IMG/VR virus record: IMGVR_UViG_3300028048_000060 | Location: 64,001-128,000 of that record | DNA length: 64,000 bases | Source: a virus | Taxonomy: Duplodnaviria; Caudoviricetes | Strand: one strand, 5' to 3' | Shown: one piece after another, positions 52,635 through 62,024 of the stretch | Layout: every line of letters starts with the position of its first letter | Position numbering within the stretch: position 1 is the first letter of the stretch | Program-made: the position numbers and the translations under genes | Notes under the pieces: generated by a model | Told to the model about the DNA's origin: nothing | What the model saw: the letters and a program-made list of their open reading frames with translations, nothing else | The model's database searches: none

Positions 52635-53960
52635 TCAAATATTTGATTGTAGTTCAGACATCTGAGACTTGTGCGTAGCACAAAAATCCAGATGTTTGAA
52701 GGTTTTATACTCCGAGAGGTCCTTCCCAAGAGTTTGATGCGATTTGTTGTAAACAACAGTCTCACCAAAATTTAATAAGTTCAAGGCAGAGTTATAATCT
52801 CTATCAATGATATTACCGCATCCACACTCAAGTGTACGTTTGGTAACATCTTTCATTTCTGAATGAATTTTTCCACATTTACAACAAATTTGAGAACTTG
52901 GGTAATATTTGTCTGCAAGGACAAAATGACACCCAAATTTCTCAGAATTTTCTTCTAACTTTTTAAGGAAATAATTCCATTGTAACAAACTTACTGACTT
53001 GCCATGATTACCGCCTTTGGTGGAAGTTTTGGCATCTAAGTAAGATGTATGCCTAGACATTTCTTTGAGGTCCAAATTCTCAACAACTATCAATTCATTG
53101 TGTAAACACAATTCTCTTGATAACTTGTTGAGATAGTCCTTCTGAATGTTATGAATTGTTTCGTAGAGTTTGTTACGTTTCATCGTGATACGATGGACTT
53201 TAACAGAGGTACGAAACTTTTTCTTAGATTTGGTTCTCATCTTTGAAATAGTTTCATTTAAGGAATTAATCTTCTTTTGAAGTGATTCCATCTTAGACCT
53301 CTTTGTTGAGAACTTTGGTGCCTTCGCACCAAAACTATCAACGAACAGGTCTTTCAAGGAAAAATCTAAACCAATATGACCATTATCTACACGTTCTTCG
53401 TAAACCTTGTCGACTTCGACAAGTAATGAGACTTTGTAGACCCCAGTTTTAGTTCTTCTGATAGTTCCATACTTAATCTTAGAACTATCTTTTAGAAAAA
53501 TAGGTTCAATATATTTATTTAAAAATCTAACCTTTCCAATCTTCGGTATCTTTACGTATGACTTTGACGCATCGTCAGGATTATACGAAATATTCGTGAT
53601 TGAGGAAGGATAAGAGTCATTATGATCTTTCTTACATTTGAAACGTCTTAGTCCTACGGGCTGGCCTTTCAATCTCTTATTTCTATTGATTTTATTAGTT
53701 TGAACGAAGTTCAATCTTATAGCAGAACATGCCCAACTTTCCATATCTTTCAGGAATTCGTGTTTCTCACGTAATTCTGGAAATGATGGATAATTTGGCA
53801 TTCTATCTTCTTTAATACAATTCAAATATTCTTCAATAAGTTTATTCTTAAACCATCTTGATATGTCTAAAGATTTTGATAATTTAATTTTGTCAGAAGA
53901 TGTCGGGTTTAGTGTTAACACTAGACCTCGATATGTTCTTTCTGAAATTATTTTATCCAT
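52635..53960 (-). CDS. tnpB: TnpB RNA-guided endonuclease, element 2
   Basis: GLDFS, VVENL, YPSSQICCKCG..CGCG, DRDYNSA; right end GTAGGTCAC at 52592. Confidence 0.92.
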   Translation of the reverse strand: MDKIISERTYRGLVLTLNPTSSDKIKLSKSLDISRWFKNKLIEEYLNCIKEDRMPNYPSFPELREKHEFLKDMESWACSAIRLNFVQTNKINRNKRLKGQPVGLRRFKCKKDHNDSYPSSITNISYNPDDASKSYVKIPKIGKVRFLNKYIEPIFLKDSSKIKYGTIRRTKTGVYKVSLLVEVDKVYEERVDNGHIGLDFSLKDLFVDSFGAKAPKFSTKRSKMESLQKKINSLNETISKMRTKSKKKFRTSVKVHRITMKRNKLYETIHNIQKDYLNKLSRELCLHNELIVVENLDLKEMSRHTSYLDAKTSTKGGNHGKSVSLLQWNYFLKKLEENSEKFGCHFVLADKYYPSSQICCKCGKIHSEMKDVTKRTLECGCGNIIDRDYNSALNLLNFGETVVYNKSHQTLGKDLSEYKTFKHLDFCATHKSQMSELQSNI

Positions 53961-54692
53961 CTTTAGAATACCTCTTAGTACGTTTTCTCTAAATTTATTT
54001 ATATTTTAAAAATCAGGAAGTTACGTTTATAAACGAGATTTTCCTTTGCTTTTTAATAAATTTTTAATATAATTAAAAGAAAGTACAACGTCTGAATATG
54101 CTTGCCTTAGGCAAGCATATTTAGAAATATTTGACTAAGGAGACTTAAATGGATAGAATTACAAAAGTAACATCTTCATCTGATTCTAAGGAAACTTACT
54201 TTATTACTGGGCTTCCTGACTTTGTGGCCACTTTGTCTAAAGAAGACCTTTGGAGTAAGGAACGTTATATCGTAGAAATAACAGAATTCACTACTCAGGC
54301 ATACGAAGTGTTTGATACTTATGATGAAGCTAAGAAGTTCTTAGACGAGTTCTTAGAAAAGAGAATTAAGACTGCTGAGGAACACTGTGACTTTGAAGAA
54401 CCATCATATACAGTCAAAATTAAAGATGTTGGACTTTCGAGGGATTGGGAAGAATCACTTTATCCACCTTTACCACCATTACCACCTTTACCACAGTGTT
54501 GTGAAGACCCTATCCTGGAGCACCACAGAGAATCAGGATTTCCAACAGAAGAACCCTTTCTTTCAGATAGTGAAAAGTTAGATAAAATTATAAGTCTTTT
54601 AGAAGAAATTAAGAATAAATTATAAGATTTATATACTTCTAAAGGGTCTCCAAAAAGACCCTTTATTTTTTGTCTTAAACTAAAATTTTTGC

Positions 54693-54721
54693 TTGATCTT
54701 AAACTCAAAATACATTATAAT
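54693..54721 (+). promoter_or_regulatory. Early sigma70-type promoter
   Basis: TTGATC-N17-TATAAT. Confidence 0.85.
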
Positions 54722-55578
54722 AAACATAAAGAGAAAGGAGTAAGGAAATGGAATATAAAAACTGTGATATAGATTTTTACACTCTCACTGTAGGTGAACT
54801 ATTGAATTTAGACAATAAGGAAGAACAGCTTATTGTCAATGGATTTATTTTCTTTCCAAATACTTATATAAGAGAGTTAAAAACTGCTGAATTGCAGTTG
54901 TTATTTGATGAAGATACATTTGAAGATGTCATTGAGAAATACCCTTATCATAAACATAAGGAGGTTAGGTACGATGTTCAGCAAAGACTTAATCAATATG
55001 CAAGGAATGGTAGCTGTGTAATGTATATAAACAAAGCATATGTTATACTCATTACTCGTGATAGTGTACATCATATTGAAAGAGCCAATTTTGATAGTGC
55101 TGTTAGAACACTTACAGGAAGTGAAATAATAGTATAACACTGGAATTCTTTCTTTTGATTTTGAAGATGGAATACTTATAAGGAGAAAAGATATGGAAAT
55201 GAAACTTACTGATTTTTTAGAAATGCTTGAGTACAGTGAATATATCGTCTTAGAAGATAAAAATGGAAAATTTCTCTTAGAGTTCTTTAGCAATGACTTC
55301 TTCTCAGAAGAACTGAGATATTCAGATGAATTAGCTATAAAAGGGTTTGTTATTACATCATTTTCAATCGAAATAAGCTACTATGGTTCTTATCATGGAC
55401 CTCTTATTAAGTGTATAGTTGACTTAGAAAAGTCAGAAAAACCAAAACTGAATGATACTGTTAATAAAGAAGAGTTTTCAAAGATGCTTAGAAATATCTA
55501 TGGTGACGAACTCTATGACGAAATTTCAAAGGCAATGGAATAAATCCTTGTTATATATAGAATAAAAAGGAATTAAAA

Positions 55579-56022
55579 ATGAAACTTAAAATACAAGGAA
55601 TTATCAAACAGAGTTCAGTTGATGGTGAGGGAATTAGATATGTTATATTCTGCCAGGGATGCCCTCACCATTGTAAAGGATGTCATAATCCTGAAACTTG
55701 GAATCCTGACAAAGGATACTTTATTGAAACAGATGATATCTTAGAAGAAATCAAGTATGACCCTTTGTTAGATGGAGTTACTTTTAGCGGAGGCGAACCC
55801 TTCCTTCAGCAAAAACCTTTAATCGACTTAGCTAAGAAGATAAAGAATTTGGGTTTAGATATTTGGTGCTATACTGGATATGAGTATGAGGAGGTCAAAG
55901 ACTCTCCTCTTATAAAATCAGGGCTTATAGATGTCTTAGTAGACGGAAAGTACATCCAGGAACTAAGAACTCTTGGAGGATTTAAAGGTTCTTCTAATCA
56001 AAGAATTATTAGACTTAACTAA
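55579..56022 (+). CDS. nrdG: Anaerobic ribonucleotide reductase activating protein
   Basis: VDGEGIR, CPHHCKGCHN radical-SAM motif, SGGEP, YTGY, VLVDG, GSSNQR. Confidence 0.95.
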   Translation: MKLKIQGIIKQSSVDGEGIRYVIFCQGCPHHCKGCHNPETWNPDKGYFIETDDILEEIKYDPLLDGVTFSGGEPFLQQKPLIDLAKKIKNLGLDIWCYTGYEYEEVKDSPLIKSGLIDVLVDGKYIQELRTLGGFKGSSNQRIIRLN

Positions 56023-56268
56023 TCTGTTGAAGACTCATTTAAGTATCTAAGGAATCTAACTAAAAACATATTCTCAACTAAGATGTTGATGAACTCGTCG
56101 TCAATTTCACTAACAGGGATGGTTCCTTTTAGACTGTCTATATAGGACCATCCTTGCCATCTTGGGAAGTCTCTTCTCTTTATCCCTTTAAAGTTACAAT
56201 AAAACTTTTGGTCCTTCTCAAACCATTTTTCTAAAAAATCTGTAAATCCTTCCATTAAGGTATTTCCT

Positions 56269-56637
56269 TTATTTAAGTCTTTGCGTGTTAATCATACAAA
56301 GTTCTAAGACTCTCTTAATTGCATCTATGTCTCTTATAATAGAAGTCATCTCAGATGAACTTCTTCCATCTATTGTTGACATTCTGTTCTCCAGTTGATT
56401 TAGTCTTAACTGAAGATTATTCAAAGAGTCTTCAATGTCGTTGCTAGAGTCTGAGATAGAGTCTAAGGTTCTTTTAATGGAATCTATCGACTCTAAGTTC
56501 TGCTCCTGAGACTTTTGAGTTAACTCTGTAAACTGTTCGTACTTTTTATATAGGTAAACGCAAGCAATCCCCAGAAATATTATAATTACTGGAGATGTGA
56601 AACCTGATGTTAAGGCAAATTCTATTAACTGGTCCAT
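56269..56637 (-). CDS. Single-TM coiled-coil membrane protein, holin-like
   Basis: N-terminal hydrophobic helix followed by a heptad coiled coil. Confidence 0.4.
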   Translation of the reverse strand: MDQLIEFALTSGFTSPVIIIFLGIACVYLYKKYEQFTELTQKSQEQNLESIDSIKRTLDSISDSSNDIEDSLNNLQLRLNQLENRMSTIDGRSSSEMTSIIRDIDAIKRVLELCMINTQRLK

Positions 56638-56748
56638 TTTTATTATTCTTCTTACCTTAAAAAATCATATTTATTTATGTTAGGGAAATTTAAATAATTA
56701 GTGTTTTATATAAATAATATAAACAAAATAAAACAAGGAGAAACTTAA

Positions 56749-57141
56749 ATGAAATTTAAATCATTAAATGAGTCTGTTGAAGCAGAACTTCCAAAGAGTT
56801 TAGAGAATTTTATCTCTAAGAGAAATGGAAAGGTTAGAGAGTTTAGTGTAAAGAAATACATCTCTAAGAATGGAAACGAAGATAGACTTGTTTACATTGA
56901 TATTTATTTTGGAAATGACATCTCTCTTTTCTCTGATTTTGAACCATTATCAGACAAGGATAATATCAAGTTAGAACTTAGAAATTCTGGGTGGGGAAGT
57001 GCTGGAAGTTTCACAGACCCTAAGAGAATTAAAGAAGTCTTAGATAATGTCCAGGAAAAGGTAGATACTGCGAGAAATGCTCTTGAAGTATTCCAAGAAC
57101 TCAAAGAATACAAATTCGAAGACTTAATGATAGTTAAGTGA
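56749..57141 (+). CDS. Probable internal head protein
   Basis: MKFKSLNES N-terminus; TATAAATA at 56709-56716. Confidence 0.45.
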   Translation: MKFKSLNESVEAELPKSLENFISKRNGKVREFSVKKYISKNGNEDRLVYIDIYFGNDISLFSDFEPLSDKDNIKLELRNSGWGSAGSFTDPKRIKEVLDNVQEKVDTARNALEVFQELKEYKFEDLMIVK

Positions 57142-57256
57142 TTAGACGTTTATAATTTCTAAAAGACTTAAAATCCTGAGTATAAGTCTCTTCTTAGGAA
57201 GTTCTTTAGCCTGCTGTGGTTACTCAGTTTACTAATTGCCGAAAGGGATTAAAAAT

Positions 57257-57874
57257 ATGACATTATGGTATACTAAAAATTACTCACCAACTCCACACTT
57301 TCCATTTGAGTCTTTTCTAAGAAATCCTGATAAGATTCTCTTTGACCCAATGACTCAGGAAACACCATCAAAGTATCCTTTAACTAACATTGGTTATGCT
57401 AATAACACTTTAATCTTTGAAGTTGCCTTAGCGGGATTTAAAAAGGAAAACATTAAAGTCAGTTATGTAGGAAATGTAATCACTGTTAATGCTAAGTGGA
57501 ATAAAGACTCAGAAGAGTCTCAAACTTGTCCACAGTGTGAAGCAAATGGATGTGATGGGTGTTGTAAGTGTGAGTGTGACTGCTGTAAAAAAGAAATAAA
57601 GTACATTATGAAGAACATCTCTACCAAAGATGCTTGTAGAAAGTTTACTCTTCCTGACAAGTACTTAGGTGGAAGTCTTAAATGGAAGTTTGTTGATGGT
57701 CTGCTAACTATCGCTGTGTACGTTAACGATGTTGATTACTCAGTTGAACCTTCAGGAGACGACGAAGAATTGATTCCTGACTGTGGTTGCGGATGTAGCC
57801 AGGGTTGTTTATGTCATTCTGAAACAGAAGAACAGTCTGACACACAGGAACCAACTGAACCTCAGAATCCATAA
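57257..57874 (+). CDS. Small heat-shock protein (Hsp20) with Cys-rich insertions
   Basis: YPLTNI, EVALAGF.KE.I.V, R.F.L, DGLLTI. Confidence 0.8.
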   Translation: MTLWYTKNYSPTPHFPFESFLRNPDKILFDPMTQETPSKYPLTNIGYANNTLIFEVALAGFKKENIKVSYVGNVITVNAKWNKDSEESQTCPQCEANGCDGCCKCECDCCKKEIKYIMKNISTKDACRKFTLPDKYLGGSLKWKFVDGLLTIAVYVNDVDYSVEPSGDDEELIPDCGCGCSQGCLCHSETEEQSDTQEPTEPQNP

Positions 57875-57976
57875 AAGACTTTATTTTTTAAGTGATTTGC
57901 ATTAAAATATAAGCTAGATATAACCATCTAGCTTATTTTTAAAATATAAATATATGTATAGTTAAAAGGAATCTAA

Positions 57977-59290
57977 ATGAAACAAAAGAATCAATCTAAT
58001 AAATCCATCAGAGGTTTAGTTCTTGAACTAAGACCTGATGATAGTCAGAAAATTCTTTTGTCTGAACATTTAGATGGTTGTAGATTCATATATAATCAAT
58101 ATGTTGAAGAGTATTTAACTTCTATCAAAGAGGATAGACTCCCTAATTATAAAGATTATAAAGACTTACGTGCAGAGCACGAATTCCTTAAAGATTTATA
58201 TTCATGGACTCTTCAACAAGTTAAGTTTCAATTCATTCAAACTAATAGAATCAATAGATCTAAAAGATCAAATGGTCAGTCCATAGGATTAATTAAATTT
58301 AGATCTAAAAAGTCTCACAGTGATTATTTTTATACCAATAATGTAAAATTATCATATAATTGTGACTGTAAGTCAGAATCATATGTAAACATTCCAAAAA
58401 TAGGTAAGATTAAATTTTTACGTAATGGTATTAAATCTAAGTTATTAGAAGGTAAAATTAAGTCAGCAGTAGTTAGAAGAACCAAAACTGGAGTTTACAA
58501 GATTTCGTTACTTGTTGAGGTCAACAAAGTTTACGAAAATCGTGTAGATAATGGTCATGTAGGTTTAGATTTTTCCCTAAAAGACTTATTTGTCGATAGT
58601 TTTGGTGCGAAGGCACCAGAGTTCTTAACAAAGAGGTCTAAGATGGAATTATTTCAGAATAAGATTAATTCCTTAAATGAAACTATTTCAAAGATGAGAA
58701 CCAAATCTGAGAAAAAGTCTCGTACCTCTGTTAAAGTTCATCGTTTAACGATGAAACGTAACAAACTCTTCGAAAGAATTCATAACATTCAGAAGGACTA
58801 TATCAACAAGTTATCAAGAGATTTGTGTAAACACAATGAATTGATAGTTGTCGAAAATTTAGACCTCAAAGAAATGTCTAGGCATACATCTTACTTAGAT
58901 GCCAAAACTTCCACCAAGGGTGGAAATCATGGAAAGTCAGTAAGTTTGTTACAATGGAGTTATTTCCTTAAAAAGTTAGAAGAAAATGCTGAGAAATTTG
59001 GGTGTCATCTTGTCCTTGCGGACAAATATTACCCAAGTTCTCAAATTTGTTCTAAGTGTGGAAAGATTCATAGTGAAATGAAGGATGTTACCAAACGTAC
59101 ACTTGAGTGTGAATGTGGTAATATCATTGATAGAGATTATAACTCTGCAATTAATATTTTAAAATTCGGTGAGTCTGTTGTTTACAACAAATCTTACCAA
59201 ACTCTTGGGAAGGAACTCTCGGAGTATAAATCTTTTAAGTGTTTAGATTTTTCAAAATCAAAAACATTTAAACTACAGTCAGATCTCTGA
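57977..59290 (+). CDS. tnpB: TnpB RNA-guided endonuclease, element 3
   Basis: L.P...Q...L......CRF.YN HTH, GLDFS, VVENL, CSKCG..CECG, DRDYNSA; right-end hairpin at 59303-59326. Confidence 0.92.
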   Translation: MKQKNQSNKSIRGLVLELRPDDSQKILLSEHLDGCRFIYNQYVEEYLTSIKEDRLPNYKDYKDLRAEHEFLKDLYSWTLQQVKFQFIQTNRINRSKRSNGQSIGLIKFRSKKSHSDYFYTNNVKLSYNCDCKSESYVNIPKIGKIKFLRNGIKSKLLEGKIKSAVVRRTKTGVYKISLLVEVNKVYENRVDNGHVGLDFSLKDLFVDSFGAKAPEFLTKRSKMELFQNKINSLNETISKMRTKSEKKSRTSVKVHRLTMKRNKLFERIHNIQKDYINKLSRDLCKHNELIVVENLDLKEMSRHTSYLDAKTSTKGGNHGKSVSLLQWSYFLKKLEENAEKFGCHLVLADKYYPSSQICSKCGKIHSEMKDVTKRTLECECGNIIDRDYNSAINILKFGESVVYNKSYQTLGKELSEYKSFKCLDFSKSKTFKLQSDL

Positions 59291-59319
59291 TTGTAAATAG
59301 AAGCTATTGACCTTTAGAT

Positions 59320-59466
59320 CAATAGCAGTTCATGCTTTATTTTACTTCTGACCAACACTTTGGTCATACTAACATTATTAAGTACACTAAAGGCCAATAA
59401 CAGTTCATGCTTTATTTTACTTCTGACCAACACTTTGGTCATACTAACATTATTAAGTACACTAAA
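59320..59466 (+). repeat. Tandem duplication, period 75 bp
   Basis: 59320-59391 matches 59395-59466 with one mismatch. Confidence 0.95.
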
Positions 59467-59979
59467 CGACCATTTGAGTATAGTCAAACAGGAATGATAG
59501 ACTGTGCAAGGTTTATGTACGATTCTTATCAGCAGATAGTCAAAGAAGATGATGTAGTAGTATTCTTAGGTGACTTAGCATTGATTAGAAGTTGTGACAA
59601 AGACATTTTCTCTGATATGTTTAGGAGTTTAAAGGGAACTAAACTTTTTCTTTGGGGAAATCACGACTCATTTTCTGAATCATATTATAAGAAATCAGGA
59701 TTTAAAGACATAAGAGACTATCACATTGTAGGTCAGCACTTTATATGTCATTATCCTTGCGTGAGTTCAGGAACTCCTAAGGAAAGACTTTGTAAGAATG
59801 CCTTTGACCAGTCAGAGTGTTCCGAGATTTGGCATGGCCATATCCATGAAAAACACAGTCCTACATTTGATGGGATTAAAAGACACAATATGTGCGTAGA
59901 CTATGCTCCAAATGCTTTTAAACCTGTTTTAATAACAGATCCTGTTCTTCAAGAATATTTTTATCAGTTTAAGGATTAA
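59407..59979 (+). CDS. Calcineurin-like metallophosphoesterase
   Basis: FTSDQHFGH, LGD, GNHD, HYP, HGHIH. Confidence 0.9.
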   Translation: MLYFTSDQHFGHTNIIKYTKRPFEYSQTGMIDCARFMYDSYQQIVKEDDVVVFLGDLALIRSCDKDIFSDMFRSLKGTKLFLWGNHDSFSESYYKKSGFKDIRDYHIVGQHFICHYPCVSSGTPKERLCKNAFDQSECSEIWHGHIHEKHSPTFDGIKRHNMCVDYAPNAFKPVLITDPVLQEYFYQFKD

Positions 59980-60010
59980 GGATAAGAAAAGGAGTCTTTA
60001 AAGACCATAA

Positions 60011-60036
60011 AAAAGGAGTCTCTAAAGACTCCTTTT
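60011..60036. terminator. Bidirectional terminator
   Basis: AAAAGGAGTCT-ctaa-AGACTCCTTTT between convergent genes. Confidence 0.75.
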
Positions 60037-60071
60037 AAATTAATCTCTATTTTATATAAAGACTTTGAAAA

Positions 60072-62024
60072 TTAATTTTGGAAGATTTTAAAACACTTCT
60101 TAGATGGTCCAGATGAACTAAATTGTAAAATTGATTTAAAACACTTAAATCCATCAAACTTCCAGGAATCGCCTAAACTTTCTCTTAGAAGTAACTCTAT
60201 ATTATCTGTGAGAACATTTTGTTCTAAGATAAACTCTTCGTTAATTAGATTAGCTAGTTTCAGTTCTAAGCTTCTTGGAATCTTAACTGTTTTGTTTCCT
60301 TCACTAAGACTGAAATCCTGTTCTTTTGCTTTTCTTCTTAGAATGTCAGAACCCAGTGGAAGAGTTACTGGAGCGATGTTAGCTGAAGTTGTTCCTAAGG
60401 CACAGTCTCCACAGTCTCCGCCTCCACATCCTTCTCCATCTTCTTCTAAGTAATCAACAAACAGTTTGCCTTGGCTAAGACCTTCTCCTAGACTAATTTC
60501 ATCATAAGTTGCTAAAATCTCAGGATACAAACTATGAATCTCCTTAGGAGTGTTCTTTTCAAAAAATTCTTTATCTCTTATATTAGAAATGACTTTTGTT
60601 GCACTTATAGCATCTGAGTCTCTTGGATACTCTCTAACATCTAATCCTAAGACCTTTTCTACTTGTTTTACATAGTCAAAGTATCTGTCACTTCCACAGA
60701 ACACTGTGTTGATGTTAAATGGAGACTTAGACAACATTCCTAAGATGTTTCCTGAATTGTGTTCAATGATTTCAATCTTATTCTTAAATGTTTTCTCTAA
60801 CATCTTGTATCTAAGGTCTCTTGTTGCTTTAGTATCCTTAGATGAAACTAAGCAAACTAGGACTTTGTCGTACTCTTTTAATGCTTTGTTGATAACATTA
60901 CAGTGTCCATTTGTAAGAACTCTAAACTTTCCTAAGATTAAACACCCATTATTTCCCTTTAATGCCTTTAAGATTAAAATTTTAGCATTATGATGGATAT
61001 CATCTTTTATCTGTAACTCGTTCTTCTTAGAATGAGATATGTTAAAGTCTGTTTTCTCTAATAACTCAGATAGTTTTTTAAGTCTTAGATTAATTGGACC
61101 TCTTGTAATCTTAGAAGCAATTTCCTTAGATGCTTTTATTACTTCCTTCCAGTATAGGTCTTCATCTTCAGGATTTTCTTCCATGAACTTTTGTTTGATT
61201 AGTCTTCGAGCATTTTGGTCTAACTGATATTCTTGCTGAACTTTGATTATCTTGTCATCGTACTTGATAACAACTCCTTCTTCTTTTCCACCATAAACGC
61301 TTTCTACTTCTAACAGTGTCTTGGTGATTGCTTTCCAAAGAACTTCAGGGTCTTCTGAATTAAAATCTTCTATGTTCTTATTATAAACATCTCTTAGAGA
61401 ATTACTTAAAATTCCATTTTTAAAGTCTTTGAGATAACCTTTAAACAGTTTGTTTGGAACATCTACTTGAAGGAGTTTAGCATACTCGTCTCTGTTCTCA
61501 GTCTCCATAGTCTTAGAGTTAGTCTTTAGAGTTCCAAATTTAATTTCATTTTCATTATAAGAGCACTGGCTATATCCAATCAGAACTAAGTGATGTGGAT
61601 TAGTATAGTTAGAACTTAAAGTTGGTTTTCTCTGAAGAAATTCAATAGCAAACTCAGTGTTAATAGGAAGTCCTGTCTTTCCTAGATTACTAAAATGGTC
61701 TAAGACTAACTTATACTGAGAGATGCCTATAGACTTCTGAATGATTTGCTTAGAGTCCTGGAAGGAAAATTCCTCACTGTACATTATTTGGTTCTTATAG
61801 GCAATAATCCAGTCATTTAAGTCTCCATTGTCGTTTATATGGAGAACAGTCAGCTTAGTTCCATCTGTTTTGTGTTCTATCTCTACTTCAGTGTTCAAAA
61901 GACTCTCAATATCTGACTTAGTCTTTATTACCTTAGAAGCACTAAGAATAGAGATATCTAGCTGGTCTTTAGACTCAAAGACCATATTTGGGTCTTTGCT
62001 TTCGAACAGTTGTTTTAGTCTCAC
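60072..62024 (-). CDS. Fusion of an ATP-dependent ligase-like domain and a HIGH-family (cytidylyltransferase-like) domain
   Basis: EHKTDG, EEGVVIK, IIKV ligase motifs; GKFRVLTNGH, GSDR, ISATKV. Confidence 0.65.
   Translation of the reverse strand: MRLKQLFESKDPNMVFESKDQLDISILSASKVIKTKSDIESLLNTEVEIEHKTDGTKLTVLHINDNGDLNDWIIAYKNQIMYSEEFSFQDSKQIIQKSIGISQYKLVLDHFSNLGKTGLPINTEFAIEFLQRKPTLSSNYTNPHHLVLIGYSQCSYNENEIKFGTLKTNSKTMETENRDEYAKLLQVDVPNKLFKGYLKDFKNGILSNSLRDVYNKNIEDFNSEDPEVLWKAITKTLLEVESVYGGKEEGVVIKYDDKIIKVQQEYQLDQNARRLIKQKFMEENPEDEDLYWKEVIKASKEIASKITRGPINLRLKKLSELLEKTDFNISHSKKNELQIKDDIHHNAKILILKALKGNNGCLILGKFRVLTNGHCNVINKALKEYDKVLVCLVSSKDTKATRDLRYKMLEKTFKNKIEIIEHNSGNILGMLSKSPFNINTVFCGSDRYFDYVKQVEKVLGLDVREYPRDSDAISATKVISNIRDKEFFEKNTPKEIHSLYPEILATYDEISLGEGLSQGKLFVDYLEEDGEGCGGGDCGDCALGTTSANIAPVTLPLGSDILRRKAKEQDFSLSEGNKTVKIPRSLELKLANLINEEFILEQNVLTDNIELLLRESLGDSWKFDGFKCFKSILQFSSSGPSKKCFKIFQN

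Noticed and set aside
59320-59466. CRISPR array
   Set aside because: Only two units, no unique spacers, the repeat is coding sequence, and there are no cas genes.
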